A stretch of DNA of 64,000 nt from Eledone cirrhosa (Eukaryota): positions 362,390,001 to 362,454,000 of the forward strand of contig OZ024740.1 in the NCBI GenBank assembly GCA_964016885.1. The letters are read 5' to 3'. Positions 1 to 13,987 of this stretch are shown here, one piece after another. Within the stretch, counting starts at the first letter, position 1. Each line of letters opens with the position of its first letter. Position numbers and translations under genes: made by a program. The notes below the pieces were generated by a model that saw only the letters and a list, made by a program, of their open reading frames with translations, was not told the origin of the DNA and made no database searches.

Positions 1-2717
1 CTTATCTGTGATCATGTCCATCTGTACTCATTTGCCATGCCATCACATGCCATAAGCTCTGAACTTCTTATGGAGTCATAGATGAGCTCTCATGGCATAT
101 GGTGTGTCTTGGATATTTAAAACCTGGTGGCGCCTATCCTTTCCAGGTCTGAAAATAACTGGTTTCTTCCAGAGAGAGAGGATAAGAAAGAGAGGTAGCA
201 AGAGAGAGGGGGGAGAGGGGGAGGGGAATAAAGAGAAAGAGAAAGGAATTGGGAAAGTGAGACAGTATTGAACTGGTACTTTATTTATTGATCTCAAAAG
301 GATTAAAGCAAAGTTGACCCCAGTGGGATTTGAACTCACACTGCTGAGAGCCAGAATGAATACTGTGAAGCATTCTATCCAACGTTCTAACAACCCTGTC
401 AAATTTGTCACCTTTGACACATGTTCCCTTACATCCAGATGCCGAGGTATGAAAGACAGTAAAGTCTTATAGATTTTGCTGAGGCTGTGTTAGCGCAATT
501 GCTAATTAGGTATAAGAAAAGTATCAGGTGCAAACTTGGCAAGAAAACCACTTGGCGAAACCTGGTTTAACTTATTTATGAGAAGCAATGGAATTATGTT
601 AGTGACGAGGTTGCAATAGATATGATGAAGATGCTAACACCACAAAATGAATTACAAATGTAAATGTAATTTAACAGATTTTGTGTTTTTTAATTGCTAA
701 AATGAAATTTCAACAATATAATTGCTTCAGTTTCAATATAGCATTAATCTATTTTTGTCAGGCAAGGTCACCATAACACTTTATTCTCTCACCTCTAAAT
801 ATCTTGTTTTATGTCTACTCTGAAAAGACTATGTTTAAATCACAATTGTATTTCAATATTAACTCTCAATGCCTTACAACACTTGAAACCACAGGAGCTA
901 GGCATTATTGTAAAGGACAAAACACCACTGTGACTACAACACATTGAAATGTAAAGCCTTTACTCTAATACTGCAAAGTTGTGCAACAATCTGTTCACTA
1001 GTAAAGATACTATAAACATTTAAATTTAAAAAGCATATTACAGGACATTCTAGAAAAGTATAAATGGCACTATGACTGCATTACATTCAAAACTAACATC
1101 TTTACTCCAATACACCAAATTTTCATAATGAGTAAATATAAACATTTGATTTAACAAATATATTTTTAGATATTTTCTGCTAAATCATTACAGGATGATA
1201 ACAGTCAAATCACAACCATGCATACAAAACATTATTTTAGCAGTAATGCACTGGGTAATTGCTGGCCTTGTGCCTAAAGTAGAAACAATTATTTTAGCAT
1301 AATTGACATCACATTAAAAATTGAAGTCATTATTTTAAAACTGAAAACTTTCCCAATATTCTGTAAAACTACTAAAATACTATAAACATTTGAATTAACA
1401 AACTTGTATGTACTGATTACAGATCTAAAGAGTTAAAGAAATATAACTAGGGCCTGAGAAAATGGTCTACAGTGCCAAAACAGGAAAACAATAACTGATA
1501 ATAAAATTTGTACAATAGATATAATTGTGTGAAGTGAGTTTTGACAGTTTAGGGTATAGCACTTCTCTTCTGTTCACTGCTAATGTCTAGTCATCCCTTC
1601 ACTATTTTTACCCTCCTCAACTTCACTATTTGCCTTTCAATACACTTGACCTCATTTCTTCCATAAAAAGGTCCTGCCTGAAACAACAGAACTCACATCT
1701 TCTTACATCTTGTTAAAGCACAAGGAACTTATCTCTAAGTAGGAATGTATTACTATATGTTGCATTAGTCATTCTCAGAAGGAAATTCACACTAATGTAA
1801 TTAATATAAGTAGTATTGAATTCACTTAGAGTTTCTCTCACATAATACTTACCTATCTCATAATAGAGAATGATAACAAAGAACTGACAATTCCTTTTTA
1901 ACCCTTTTGTTAGTATATTTCTAACAAAAGACATAACCTGTTTTCTTTTTTCAAATCATTTTGAAAATAATCAAGAATTTGAAGGGATTTTATAATACTC
2001 TCATTATTATTCTTTTTGATACCAACTGACTGAAAGAAAATGACCAATTTTAAAGGGTTCCTATTTAAAATAAAACTTCCCAGCATTATTTTATCCCCAC
2101 CAAGGTTAGCTTTGCTTTCATCCTTATGGGGTCGATAAAATAAAGTACCAGTAATGCACTGGGTAATTGCTGGCCTTGTGCCAAAAGTAGAAACAATTAT
2201 TTTATCTACATAACTTTTGTTTTGTGATATAAATACCATCTTGGTTATGAAATTATAATCTAGTAAATTTTCCCAAATTCTTCATTAATTAAATGAAATA
2301 CAATGGTAATGAAAGGGTTGAGATAGTCTTTCAAAAATGGAATGCATGAGCTAAATGTGGTGATCTCGGTTGGTCTAGTCACAGACTGTGAAAACCCATC
2401 TAACACATGCAAGCATGGAAAATAAATGTTAATCAGTGATGGTGATGTTATATATATATATATATATGCATATATATACATATATATATATATACAAGAT
2501 GGCATCAAAATGTAGCACACCAACAGATGACAACACATGGTTGCACATGCAGTGAGGGCAAACAGTGACCTTCATGCACCAGTGTGCTGAGTGACATCAC
2601 TGTGTTCATTTCGCAAGTTGTGTAATTTGTATTTTTGTGATCAAGTGTATGGTGTAGCCTGCATTTTTGTCATGAATTTTTTTGTGTTGTTGTATATGTA
2701 TTTATTGATGTGACATT

Positions 2718-2915
2718 TATGAGGGTCGGCTGAAAGGTTCATAGGCTGACAATGAAGCAGTGGTGCTAGAGCTGTGAAATCTTACATGCATTAATTTCAA
2801 CTCTTCTTACTAATAACTGCATTGTTTCTTTCCAGGGACTATGTTGAAAAATAAACCTCATTTAGTCATTCTATGATAGTATCTTGGTCAGCCAATGAAC
2901 TTTTCATCCTACTCT
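2718..2915 (+). mobile_element. Internally deleted mariner (MITE-like) relic
   Basis: Degenerate TIRs (tatgagggtcggctgaaaggttcataggctgac / gtcagccaatgaacttttcatcctactctta); internal ggactatgttgaaaaataa = GDYVEK*, the typical mariner transposase C-terminus. Confidence 0.65.
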
Positions 2916-3059
2916 TATATACCATGTAATAGTCCATGTTTTGGTTCACTGTACTTATTTATTATCTTTGTTCTTATTTGGAATAGATTCTATTTAGATT
3001 CTTCTTTTCTGAAACTATTATTTGTATTTGTTAATGTTATATTATTTTATTGGGGTATA

Positions 3060-3670
3060 AACACTCCCAGATTGTACTGGATGTATTTTGTTGTGGCACC
3101 AGTATTAGAAACATCAGCTTTGGTATTAGGCATAAGTAAAGTAACCACATGGCTAATGCTCAGCCAGACTGAAGAGTTCTCATAAACACTATCATTGTCT
3201 CCATTCAATCGTCGACTACTTAGCAAAGTGTACTGGGTACATTTTATTGTGGCACCAGTACTAGAGAGGCGGTCACATGCTTGACCAGACTGAAGAGTCT
3301 TCCCAAACTCTACATACATTGTTCATTTGCCAAATGCTGTGGCCCCACCATGAACTTTCATCATGTCTACATTTATGTACATAGATAGATGGAATCCATG
3401 TTACTATCCATACAAGATCAAAGAAATAAACCAATCAGAGATTATGGTAGCAGCACTAGAGAGGTCGTCATATGCTTGACCAGATAGAAGAGTCCTCTTA
3501 AACGCTACAGAGACTTCATTGATTGCCAAACACTGTAGCCTCTGGTCCCTCACCTTGGTCTCTCACCATATTTACTTAGATAGAGGAAATCCAGGTTACT
3601 GTCCATACCATACAAGATCAAAGAGATAAGCAAATCAGACATGATGGAAGCAGCAGTTATCCTGAAAGCA
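3060..3670. repeat. Degenerate tandemly repeated units related to an RTE 3' UTR
   Basis: Repeated cagactgaagagtc..., ttgtggcaccagta and catacaagatcaaaga blocks; similar units at 6950-7190. Confidence 0.4.
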
Positions 3671-4711
3671 GAAAGTCTGACACTCAATAAACAAACATAA
3701 AGATCTTAAGTGGCTCTTGGACTTTGATAGCTGCTGTTGGTGTAAACACTTATTATTATATATCCTGCTGATAGATGTTTCAGGCCTCCTGGCTACTCAT
3801 TAAGTATATTATCCAGAATCTAGATATGTTGTTAGATGTCACTTCAAACCTTCTATCTTTATCTGTTAAAAATGTTGCAACTAACATGTGTCTGTGTGTA
3901 TGTATGTTCCTATGTGTTCGTTCTTGTCCCTCTGTATTTGTGTATCCATGAATATCCCCCTACCATGTGTGTGTGTGTGTGTGCACGTATTTGAAACTGT
4001 TTTGAATGTATCCAGTTTAGAATAAGTACATTGTATCATTGCATGTTGTAAGAAGTAACTAAAAGAGTTGGCACCAGGAAGGGCATCTAACTATAAAACA
4101 TTACCTCAAAATCTACCCCATAATGAATTAAAAGCATGTCAAGGGGTCCTATTGCTTTAGCAGGCAAAATGGCTTTAAAACACTTGTTGTTTTGTTGTTG
4201 TTATAGGACCACCATCTGTAACAAGAAAAAATGGCCTTAAAATGCTTGTTAATGTGGTGTGTTGCTACCAGAATGTGCTTCAAGGCTAGCCTCACATGGC
4301 TAAACCATGTGTTAGTAGGAAAATAGCCTTGAAACACTTGTTATTGAGTAAGAAATGGTGCAGGAATTGTGATGCACTTGTATTACATTATGTAGTTTTT
4401 CAGAAGTGTTGTAAATTTAATTAATTAATTAATCATATACTTACAGGCTTCACCTTGTTTTAATCCTTAAAAATAGTGTTATGTAGTCAATCCAGACATA
4501 TGTTTTAGTTCCAGAAGGAAAATATACACGTTGTATTAAAAATCTATCCGAGGCTTCAAGTTATTTTATTTGAACAATGTGTGAGGAATGATTTAAAGAA
4601 CTATTGGATTATAAATAGAATAACAGTGATTGCAATCTTTTACTGTTATTTCTGTCAGTCAGCAGACATGGACGATTTATTATTACTTTAGTATTATTAT
4701 TACTTTAGTAT

Positions 4712-4862
4712 AAGGGCAGTGAATTGGCAGTATCGGTAGAGGGTTGGACGCCATACTTGTCTGAGTTCAAATCCCGCCGAGGTTAACTTTGCCTTTCATC
4801 CTTACGGGGTTGATAAAATAAAGTACCAGTAATGTACTGAGTAATTGCTGGCCTTGTGCCTA
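4712..4862 (+). mobile_element. tRNA-derived SINE family B (Meta-domain-like core), partial
   Basis: ttggcagtatcggtaga...gagttcaaatcccgccgagg...gcctttcatccttacggggttgataaaataaagtaccag; further fragments at about 280-395(-), 1240-1290, 2095-2200, 5870-5975. Confidence 0.8.
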
Positions 4863-6779
4863 CTTTAGTATTATTACTTTAGTATTGTTTTATTGCTATG
4901 AATAGTAATTTGATATGTATTAATATTTGGCCTCCTTTTCATACTATTTCCTCCTTGCTAAAACTTATCTGAGACTCACATTTTACAATAATGATGGCAG
5001 CAACACTGAACATATTTAGTTTTTAGACTCCAGGAATGGAATGCTATATATAATATATACTAGGATTATAGAACAATCTTACAAACTGGGAAAATTGTAT
5101 TTTGATAAATAATAGAGAAAACATATATTTTATATTCATTATTGATATGTGGAAGTGGTTAAAGATAATAATAATATTGTAATTATTTATTTCTAGGATA
5201 AAATATCATAAATGTTCAGTATATATACAAATGTATATATACAAATGACATACAGGATTAAATTTATGAGTAAATTTGGAGAAATAACTATATATAAGGA
5301 CAAATCTAGCGTTAGAACCCAGGATCTTGTAATTAGAAAGTGACTAAGATATGAAATGCATTGAGTGTATATGTTTATATGTGTGTATGTTAGTGTGTGT
5401 AAATTTTAAAGAGTTAAAAACAGAGATATACATAAATAAATATACAAACATGCATTAGAAGTTGGTGAAAATCAGCAAAATATTGACCCCAAATATAAGC
5501 TGATTCCATTTTACCATAGATTTTTTTTGTTACATATTTCTCAGCTTATATATGAGTATATACAGTACATAAAATTATGATGGAGGGATTTTAGATAAAT
5601 ATAGACACTTTAATAGCATTGTTTTATTTGTACTTCGCTTATAAATTATTATTATTGTTGTTATTGTCCTGCTGAAATCAACTTTGCCATTCATACTTCC
5701 AAAGTCAATAAAAGTAACAATGAAATACTGATCTAAGTAACAATGAAATACTGATCTAATATGAAGTCGTTTATTTTGTCTTTCTTTTCTTTAGTTAGAA
5801 ATTTGACAAAATTGGTGTTTGGAGTTGATAGAATATATTCGAAAAGAACAGCTTGTTTTATTGTTATGTGCAAAGCAGTGAATTGGCAGAATTATTAAAA
5901 CATTGGATAGAGTTCAAATACCACCAAGGTAAAATTTGCCTTTCATCCTTTTGGGGTAAATAAATAAAGTATCAATCTGGTGGTGGAGTCAATTCTTTCT
6001 TTCACTCTCTCTGGAAGAAATTAGCTGTTTCAATCTTGAGAGGGATAGGTTCTGCCATGTTCACTGCACCTATAACTTCAGCAAGAGTTAAAAGCAAATC
6101 AATCAATCAATCAATCAGTTGTTATATGTAAGAAGGAGCATTGTTTTATTCTGTTGTGATTCTCTCAGACAAAAATGAGGGAGAGGTTTATTGTATAGCC
6201 TTATGTCAGCTCTGATTTAGGAGACTTATGATTAAAAGCATTCCAGACATTACCATTCTGCCTTTGGGGAGGGTTATGTTGTCCTAATATTGCTAAAACA
6301 TAGTAAAACACACTCACTGTTTGGTTTGGTTTTTGCTTCAGTTTCAGTATACTTTTTTTTAAATATATTTTTTATATTTCCATAAGACAACATGACCCTC
6401 CCCCAAATATAACAATATCTGTTTCAACACACGATTTCATATCAAAAACCTTGCAAAACAAATACATTCTGTCTTTGTTTTTCTTCAAACATTATCCACT
6501 TTTATTTTTAAGATGATAGGATATAATTTGAGGGAGATTTTGCTCCTATATCTAGTAAGCTGTACAACAACAGCAAGATTGGCATGTAGAGAAAAGAAGG
6601 TAAAGGATAGTAGTGTAAAATGGAATTTTAACACAATCATTACCATATTTCTAATCAAAGACATTCCCTACAATTTTGAAATAATTTTGAAAATAATCAA
6701 AAGCTTTCTCATGAATAAGCCGGTGTTTGTAACACAGTTCAGCAGAGGTTCTTACATTAAAATATGGTAGAAGGTTTAT

Positions 6780-7800
6780 CATCATCATCATCATCGGTTA
6801 ACATCTGTTTTCCCTGGTAGCAAGAGTTGGACAGGTTTACATAAACCAAGTCAGTACTAAAGCGGGGCAACTGACCTTCCAGGCAGGCCAGGGAGATGGA
6901 GTCTGCATCTTGCTTACACACAGTGTCATATTCTACCAAGTACACAGGAGAGGTTGTCATGTCTATGACACAACTGAAGGGTCTTCCCAACCCTTTTTAG
7001 GCAAGATTTCTATGGTTGGATGCCCCAACCACTGTGTAGTCACCAACACTAGAGAGATTGTTATGCTGTGACACAACTAAAGGGTCTTCTCAGCCCTTTT
7101 TTTATGCATTGTTTCTACAGTGGGGTGCCAACCATATTACAGAGTGTATTGGGTGTATTCCATTGTACCATCACTAGAGATGTTGTTGGCCCTTGTCTCG
7201 ATGGAACAGCCCTGTCTCCTCTGTGGGGGAGGGGGCAGTGATAGGAAGGAGATAAGAATGATGTTAGGGTAAATGTGCTGTGATTTGACAGGTAATGAAT
7301 GAGGAATGGGATGCAGTGGTGAGAATACTGAAGCGGAGACAGTAGTGTGGGTGGAGAGCATAAATGGTTTGGTTATTAGTGCTGTGTGGGAATGGCACTT
7401 ACCAGTGCTGGGAAGGGGAGGTGTAGTTATGGAGAAAATAGCTATGGAGTGATAGTGGAGGGGCATAGTGAGGAAGAGAGTAGCTAGCAGTGTTCAATAG
7501 TGAAGGTATCTAAGGGCTTAAGAGGAGGCAATAGCTAAGGAGTGAATGCTGGAGAGGGCATGGATGGGGTGGGGGGATGTAATGATGGTAAGGGTAGCTG
7601 CTAGGGAGTGCTAGTAAGAGAGGGGACAAGGGGATAAGTCAGGACACATTGTATGCTGTTGATTGGGTCTTCACCAGCACAACATAATTCCAACCCTTGC
7701 AGTCCTTTATCAACTCTGTTGTGAGGTTTAGTTTTTTAAGGTTGGTCTTCACAACCTCATCTCAAGACTTCCTGAGTCTACTTCTTCCACGTGCCTCTGG
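6780..7800 (-). mobile_element. RTE-clade LINE 3' end relic
   Basis: Minus strand near 7670-7800 reads GRSRLRKS*DEVVKTNLKKLNL (RTE C-terminus), followed by a long 3' UTR ending in (GAT)n at about 6780. Confidence 0.6.
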
Positions 7801-7813
7801 TGTTTATATAAAT

Positions 7814-7888
<75 letters not shown>

Positions 7889-7889
7889 T

Positions 7890-8680
7890 AGGGAACTACT
7901 ACCACTGCTAGCTGCAAAAGGCTTCTCCCTCAGAATGAAAGGCAGACTGTATGATGCGTGTATCCGAACAGCGATGTTGCATGGTAGTGAGACCTGGGTG
8001 CTGAAGGTGGAAGACTTACGTAGATTAGAGAGAAACGAAGCCTGCATGCTCCGATGGATGTGTAACAGTAATATACGTGAACGACAAAGCATAAATGAAT
8101 TGAGAGAGAGACTGAGCATAAGAGGAATCAAATGCTGTGTGCAGGAGAGGCGGTTGCGCTGGTATGGACATGTGATGCGTATGAAGGATGACAGCTGCAT
8201 AAAAAGGTGCAGAGCACTAGAAGTTGATGGAAACCGCGGAGTGGGGAGACCCAAGATGACTTGGGATGAGGTGATAAAAGCCGACCTTACCCAATTACAC
8301 CTCTCAAAGACAATGACACACGACCGTGACTTCTGGCGTCACGCAGTAATACAGAGTACCCGACCTCCCATGGGTACATGCTGAAGCATATGAACAATAT
8401 GCCCCCCCCCCCCCCACCGCAAGGTGGTCGTGGAGGTGCCACGGCAAAAAAGCACCCAGCCCACACTGTAAAGTGGACGTGTAGGCGCCACGAAAAAGCA
8501 CCCAGCACTCACTGTAAATGAGGTTGGTGTTAGGAAGGGCATCCAGCTGTAGAAATCAAGCCAGATCAGTTCCTGTATGAGCAAGGCATGGTCAGCCGAC
8601 CAGACACTGCACACAACAGGACAACCCGTTTAACCCATGCTAGCGTGGAAGAACGGACGTAAAACGGTGATGATGATGAT
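7890..8680 (+). mobile_element. RTE-clade LINE 3' fragment (ORF C-terminus + 3' UTR + (GAT)n tail)
   Basis: ORF 7935-8384 KGRLYDACIRTAMLHGSETW...RRLRWYGHVMRM...GRPKMTW; starts at a (TA)n tract; tail ggacgtaaaacggtgatgatgatg. Confidence 0.9.
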
Positions 8681-8919
8681 ATATATTGTCCTGGGTATGA
8701 CATTAAACTACATCCTGTGGCATGGATCCAGTTAAGGAGTTCAGGAGCTGGGGAGAATGTGGAGTTATCCCTTGGTTGTTATCACTCCCAGGTCTGCTCT
8801 GGCCTGGAGCAGTAGTACCTGTTAGGGCCCCATATATGGGTTAAATGATTACCTTATTCAAGTGATGCTGGTAAGGAATTTTCAGCCATTGAAAAGTAAA
8901 GAAAGAATATACATATATA

Positions 8920-9340
8920 ATGGCCTGATCCAGTCCAATTCTGATCAGACCGGTCAGGCCGAACCAGATCAGACTGGTTTGGATCAAACCAGATCAGACC
9001 AAATTGGATCGATCAGACTTGACGGGATCAGACTGGATCAGATTAAATCAGACTAGATTGGACCAAAACTTATCAAACTAAATCAGACCAGACTAAATCA
9101 GATCAAGATCAGGCTGGATTGGATTTGGCCAGATTGGATCAGATCGAATTAGACTGGATCAGATTTGGTTGCTTCAGACCAGATTGGGCCAAATCAAATC
9201 AGCTTGGACCGGAACATAGTCCTTCAGACTGGATCAAAATGGGTCATGTCAGATTAGACTGTATTTGGGCTGGGTCAGATTGAACTGGATTGGATAGATT
9301 AATATCTGACCAATCTGATGCAATCCAGCCCAATCTGATG
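8920..9340. repeat. Degenerate pentanucleotide satellite (GATCA/GACTG/GATTG units)
   Basis: gatcagactggatcagattaaatcagactagattgg..., 5-bp periodicity. Confidence 0.75.
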
Positions 9341-9419
9341 GGCTCAAGGCCTCACTGAATGTATACTTCAGCTTGTCCTCAGGGGATAAATATATATATA
9401 TATATATACATATATATAT

Positions 9420-9880
9420 TTCCATGAAGACAAGCTGTGGTGTGCATCCAGTGAGGCCTCCAGCCGACACTGTAAAGTGGTTGTGTAGGTGTCACGATAA
9501 AAAGCACCTAGTCCACATTGTAAATAAGGTTGGCATTAGGAATGTCATCAAGCTGTAGAAACCAAGCCCAAATCAGTTCTGTATGAGCAAGAGATGGTCA
9601 CCTGACCTGGCATTGCTCCCAACAGAATAACTCATCTAACCCATGCCAGTGTGGAAAAATGGACGTTAAACGGTGATGATGATGATGATACCCACCTCAC
9701 CCCAGTCCTCTGTCCACACTGTAAATGTGGTTGGCATTAGGAAGGGCATCCAGCTGTAGAAACCAGGCTAGAAACAGTTCTGTATGAGCAAGATACAGTC
9801 ATCTAATCTGACTTGTCTTAAATGGGACAACTCATTTTACCCATACTACCATGGAAAATGGATATTAAACGATGATGATA
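9420..9880 (+). mobile_element. Two tandem RTE 3'-tail fragments
   Basis: gttggcattagg...agctgtagaaacca...aaacg(gt)gatgatga occurs twice. Confidence 0.7.
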
Positions 9881-9884
9881 TGTA

Positions 9885-9917
<33 letters not shown>

Positions 9918-10192
9918 CTCTCTCTATATCAGCCTGTAGGTTGAGGAAAAGGAGGAGGAGAGGAAAGGAGTACAAGCTCTTCGTACTCCTGGAGATGAGG
10001 GTTGCACATTTTTTTCGGGGGTCTGTGTTACCCATATAAACTGTCTCCCTCTATTGGGGAAAATCGACTAACTTTTAAATTCCATCTGTGATAACATTTT
10101 ACACGTTTTTATTGTATGTAAACTTCCCCCTTTGTATTTGTCCCCTTCTTTTGTGCCCCTGTGGCTAATAAAGAAATATATCTATCTATCTA

Positions 10193-10246
<54 letters not shown>

Positions 10247-10346
10247 GAAGCAAGTGTGGTAAGGAACCAGGTGAACCATAACGGACCAGAAATAGCCATC
10301 GAAATGGCTTGAGCTCTGCTGTTGGGGGTCTTGAACATTTTCCTAT

Positions 10347-10427
<81 letters not shown>

Positions 10428-10810
10428 AAATATATAAACACTTTAAAATGAACAGCTTGTCATAGAAACAGGGGTGGTTTCAGTTGGTGTGGTATCTAGG
10501 GCGAAGACATAGTTAAACCTTGTGTAAGTAACAATTACACTAGGTTGTTATTTTTCTTTTCTTATATTTTTACAACACACTGCCAACCAAATCATATTTT
10601 ACCCCTCTATGTATGCTGCACATTTACACTATTAAACCAGCAGAATCATATTTTCTGTACGTCACCTAGGTAACAGAATTTATTTTCTACTTTCTGAGAG
10701 ATGTAAAAGTTCATAACATGCATCTATTACATTTTAGACCTGTTTGTTTGGTTTTGTCAATTTGAATATATCCAAAGCATCTGTTGTATACCCATTATTT
10801 GTATGTCTCA

Positions 10811-10999
10811 AGGGCGGTGGGTTGGCAGTATCGGTAGAGGGTCGGATGCCATGCTTTGACGCAAAGAGTTACGGCCCTTGCCATTCTGAGTTCAAATCCC
10901 GCCGAGGTTAACTTTGCCTTTCATCCTTACAGGGTCGATAAAATAAAGTACCAGTAATGCACTGGGATAATTTCTGGCCTTGTGCCAAAAGTAGAAACA
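10811..10999 (+). mobile_element. Full-length SINE family B with 17-bp TSD
   Basis: A-box-like ttggcagtatcgg, B-box gagttcaaatcc, Meta-like core; TSD attatttgtatgtctca at 10794-10810 and 11000-11016. Confidence 0.9.
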
Positions 11000-11850
11000 A
11001 TTATTTGTATGTCTCATATTATAGATATTCATATCTAGTTCTATAACCCATTGATTCAGAAATTCTGTTAAACTGATTCCTAGCTGGAACTATTCCACAT
11101 GATATATGTTTCTAAGGAAATACCTTAAATGTTCCATAAGTAAGGATGATATTTCCCAAAAGAATTCATCTGTAATATTGCAGTGGATTTGGAAGAATTT
11201 GATTCATTTGGAAGTCCAAAATATACACTGCTTAAAACCCACTAGTTAGCTCTTTTGTTAACAAGCCAGCCACTCAAATCAGCCCCTGGTTCTAGATGTT
11301 GAACTATTTATTTTAAATTGGTTATAGTTTTCTAAAAACATTCCAACATAATGTTATGTAAGCTCTTTTATTAAGTTCTGTTCCAAACATCAACTTAATA
11401 AAAACATGCTAAATTTTTGCTTATTTCCAAAATAATTTAAAACATAATAGAGAGTGTCTTTCATTCGAAATATAGTCAAGAAAGTGTTAAACTACATGCA
11501 ATGTAAAACCTGTCATGATTAGAGAGATTAAAAAAGGTTGAATGGCTGAACAAGCTAGGGACTATCTAAAGTTTATATGAAGAGGATATACAATAAAAGT
11601 ATTTGATAAAAAGATTTCTAGCACAAATTTACATAAAAAAGATAGGATATCCAATGTAATACATTATATTGTGATATATCAATGCACTCCATGGTGTGAT
11701 CACATTCCCAGAACTTAGAGAACTGCATTAAAAATTAACCCCCAAAAAACTACCAATTGGTAAGCTAAGGTGCATTATACAAATTAATACAGATCTGATT
11801 GATGCAAGTTCATCTTGAAATGAAGGGCAATAATTAGGTTCATATATATA

Positions 11851-12060
11851 TATGGTGAGCTTGAGGATGGTGTTTGACATGTAGGAGGCCCTCTCTTGAG
11901 GTATAAGGACACGATCAAAGATATTTTGAAAAAAGGTGACATTCTTCACTGCTGGAGGCATTATGTCAATGACAACAATATCAATGATGTAAGTATTTAT
12001 ATTGAAAACAAAAGGAAGCAGGACAAGAAGAATAAAAGGGAGAAACAACACAATAACAGA
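11851..12060 (+). mobile_element. Non-LTR retrotransposon C-terminal relic (RTE-like)
   Basis: Translates YGELEDGV*HVGGPLLRYKDTIKDILKK, matching the YGELxxGxRxxGxPxxRYKD LINE C-terminal motif. Confidence 0.55.
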
Positions 12061-12074
12061 CCAGATTGACTAAG

Positions 12075-12220
12075 ATAATTATTTCTACTTTTAGCACAAG
12101 GCCAACAATCACCCAGTACATTACTGGTACTTTATTTTATCGACCCCGTAGGGATGAAAGGCAAAGTTAACCTCGGTGGGATTTGAACTCAGTCCATAAA
12201 GGGACGTAACTCTGTGCACA
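12075..12220 (-). mobile_element. SINE family B, partial
   Basis: Reverse complement of the 10811 SINE body. Confidence 0.8.
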
Positions 12221-12244
12221 GAGTATATATATATATATATATAT

Positions 12245-12335
12245 ATAGAAAGATTTGAATGGATACAGTTTAGTTGAAAGGAATTTATTGACACTATTTA
12301 TTTCAACTAAACTGTATCCATTCAAATCTTTCTAT
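12245..12335. repeat. Perfect 35-bp inverted repeat with 21-nt spacer
   Basis: atagaaagatttgaatggatacagtttagttgaaa / tttcaactaaactgtatccattcaaatctttctat. Confidence 0.9.
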
Positions 12336-12442
12336 TTTTCTCCGGATTACTTTTGGAACTACAACTGGAACCGTCGAGCAAACTCTACGTGAGCTGATAA
12401 TCTACTGTGTGTAATATTTATATTACAACACAACGGAAAATA

Positions 12443-12490
<48 letters not shown>

Positions 12491-12708
12491 CTATGTATAT
12501 ATATGTATGTATAATAGGGGTGTATATGAAAGGTTATACTATATGTTTATATACCATAAACATATATATATATATAAATATATATATATATTTATATATA
12601 TATACCCCCGTCCAAACCCATGCAAGCATGGAACACGGACGTTAAACGTTGATGATGATGATGATGATGATATATATATATGTATATATAAATATGTATA
12701 TATATATA

Positions 12709-13594
12709 CGAGGTGTGTCGGAAAAGTTCCAGGACTGATGTCACAAAAGATTTATTTCAAACCCAAACTTCACACTAAGAGTTTTCTCCTTCAAAGTAAC
12801 CCCCCTGGAGTCTAATACACTTTTCCATCCTTTTCTGCCACGCTTGCATGCACTCCTGGAAGGATTCTTCCGGGATCCTCCGCAGTTCTGTCATCACGGC
12901 CTTTTTGATGTCATCCACGTCTTCAAAACGGGTCCCCTCCGGGTCATGCTTGAAGATCCATAACTCATCACCGGTGATGACTGTCCCTAGCAAGTCTGGT
13001 TTGGTTTCAAGACGCTAGAGGATGTCCTGGCATACTTGCATGCATCGACCATTCTGGTCATCGTTCAGCAGTTTTGGCACCATCTTCGCACATGTCCAAA
13101 TCTTCAGTGAGAATCTTCCAGGGGCTGTCCCGATTCATGCTCAGCTCATTTGCCATCAGTCGAACAGTCAGCTGACGATTGCTATGCACCATCTGCCTGA
13201 CGCGCTCAACGTTGACCTCAGTCCTGGTTGTTGAGTGCCTTCCGTTCCTGGGGTCATCTTACACGTCCTCATGTCCTTCTTTAAACCTCTTGCACTACTC
13301 AAAAACACGTGAGCGTGACATCGTCTCATCTCCATACACTTGCTGCAGCAATCCCAGTGCTTCTGATAGAGTTTTCCCCAAGTTTGTTCGTTGCTCTGTG
13401 CTCATTGCTTGATGACCTGAAACAGAGGATACGTATATAAAATTATGAAGAAAAAAGTTTGATTGCTGCAGAGAGCTAAGATTACAGTTACATACTCCAG
13501 GGGATTACTTTGAAGGAGAAAACTTTTAGTGTGAAGTTTGGGTTTGAAATAAATCTTTTGTGACATCAGTCCTCGAACTTTTCTGACACACTCG
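12709..13594 (-). mobile_element. Tc1/mariner-family element, deleted transposase pseudogene, about 100-bp terminal inverted repeats
   Basis: Ends cgaggtgtgtcggaaaagttc... / ...gaacttttctgacacactcg within TA context; minus-strand VITGDELWIF...RFEDVDDIK...WQKRMEKCIRLQGGYFEG. Confidence 0.9.
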
Positions 13595-13632
<38 letters not shown>

Positions 13633-13909
13633 ATATCATATATATAAACATATCATATATTGAGTTAGAAACTCAAAATAGTCTCTTACAATTAAATAGC
13701 TCCAAGAAAGAAGTTTTTCTGAGCCGTGTAATATAATGGAATATACAAGAGAGATAAACACAAATATAAACATACATGTGTAAACCCGGCTGCTATTTTT
13801 AGCAGCATATATTGAGACATGCTACACTCTGAAAACATGTGCATTATTTCATATTCGCACACTATTCAGTCTTGTGATATACTTAGAAGTGGAAGGATAA
13901 CTAATTTTT

Positions 13910-13987
13910 ACACCTACTGAAGAGCAGAAAGTTGGTGATTCCTTCACTTAATAATTTGTGAAACAGCTCCTATGGCTGTCTAGGTGT
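13910..13987 (+). ncRNA. Type I hammerhead ribozyme motif (canonical core)
   Basis: Stem I acaccta/taggtgt; CTGAAGA; stem II gcaga/tttgt with inner hairpin; GAAA; stem III cagc-tcctatg-gctg; GTC cleavage triplet at 13978-13980. Confidence 0.85.

Noticed and set aside
1713-1934. Possible host exon near a minus-strand GTAAGT
   Set aside because: No recognisable protein similarity or consistent exon chain
9930-10180. Possible L1/Tx1-type 3' UTR ending in aataaa
   Set aside because: No coding remnant or second copy in the window to support a classification
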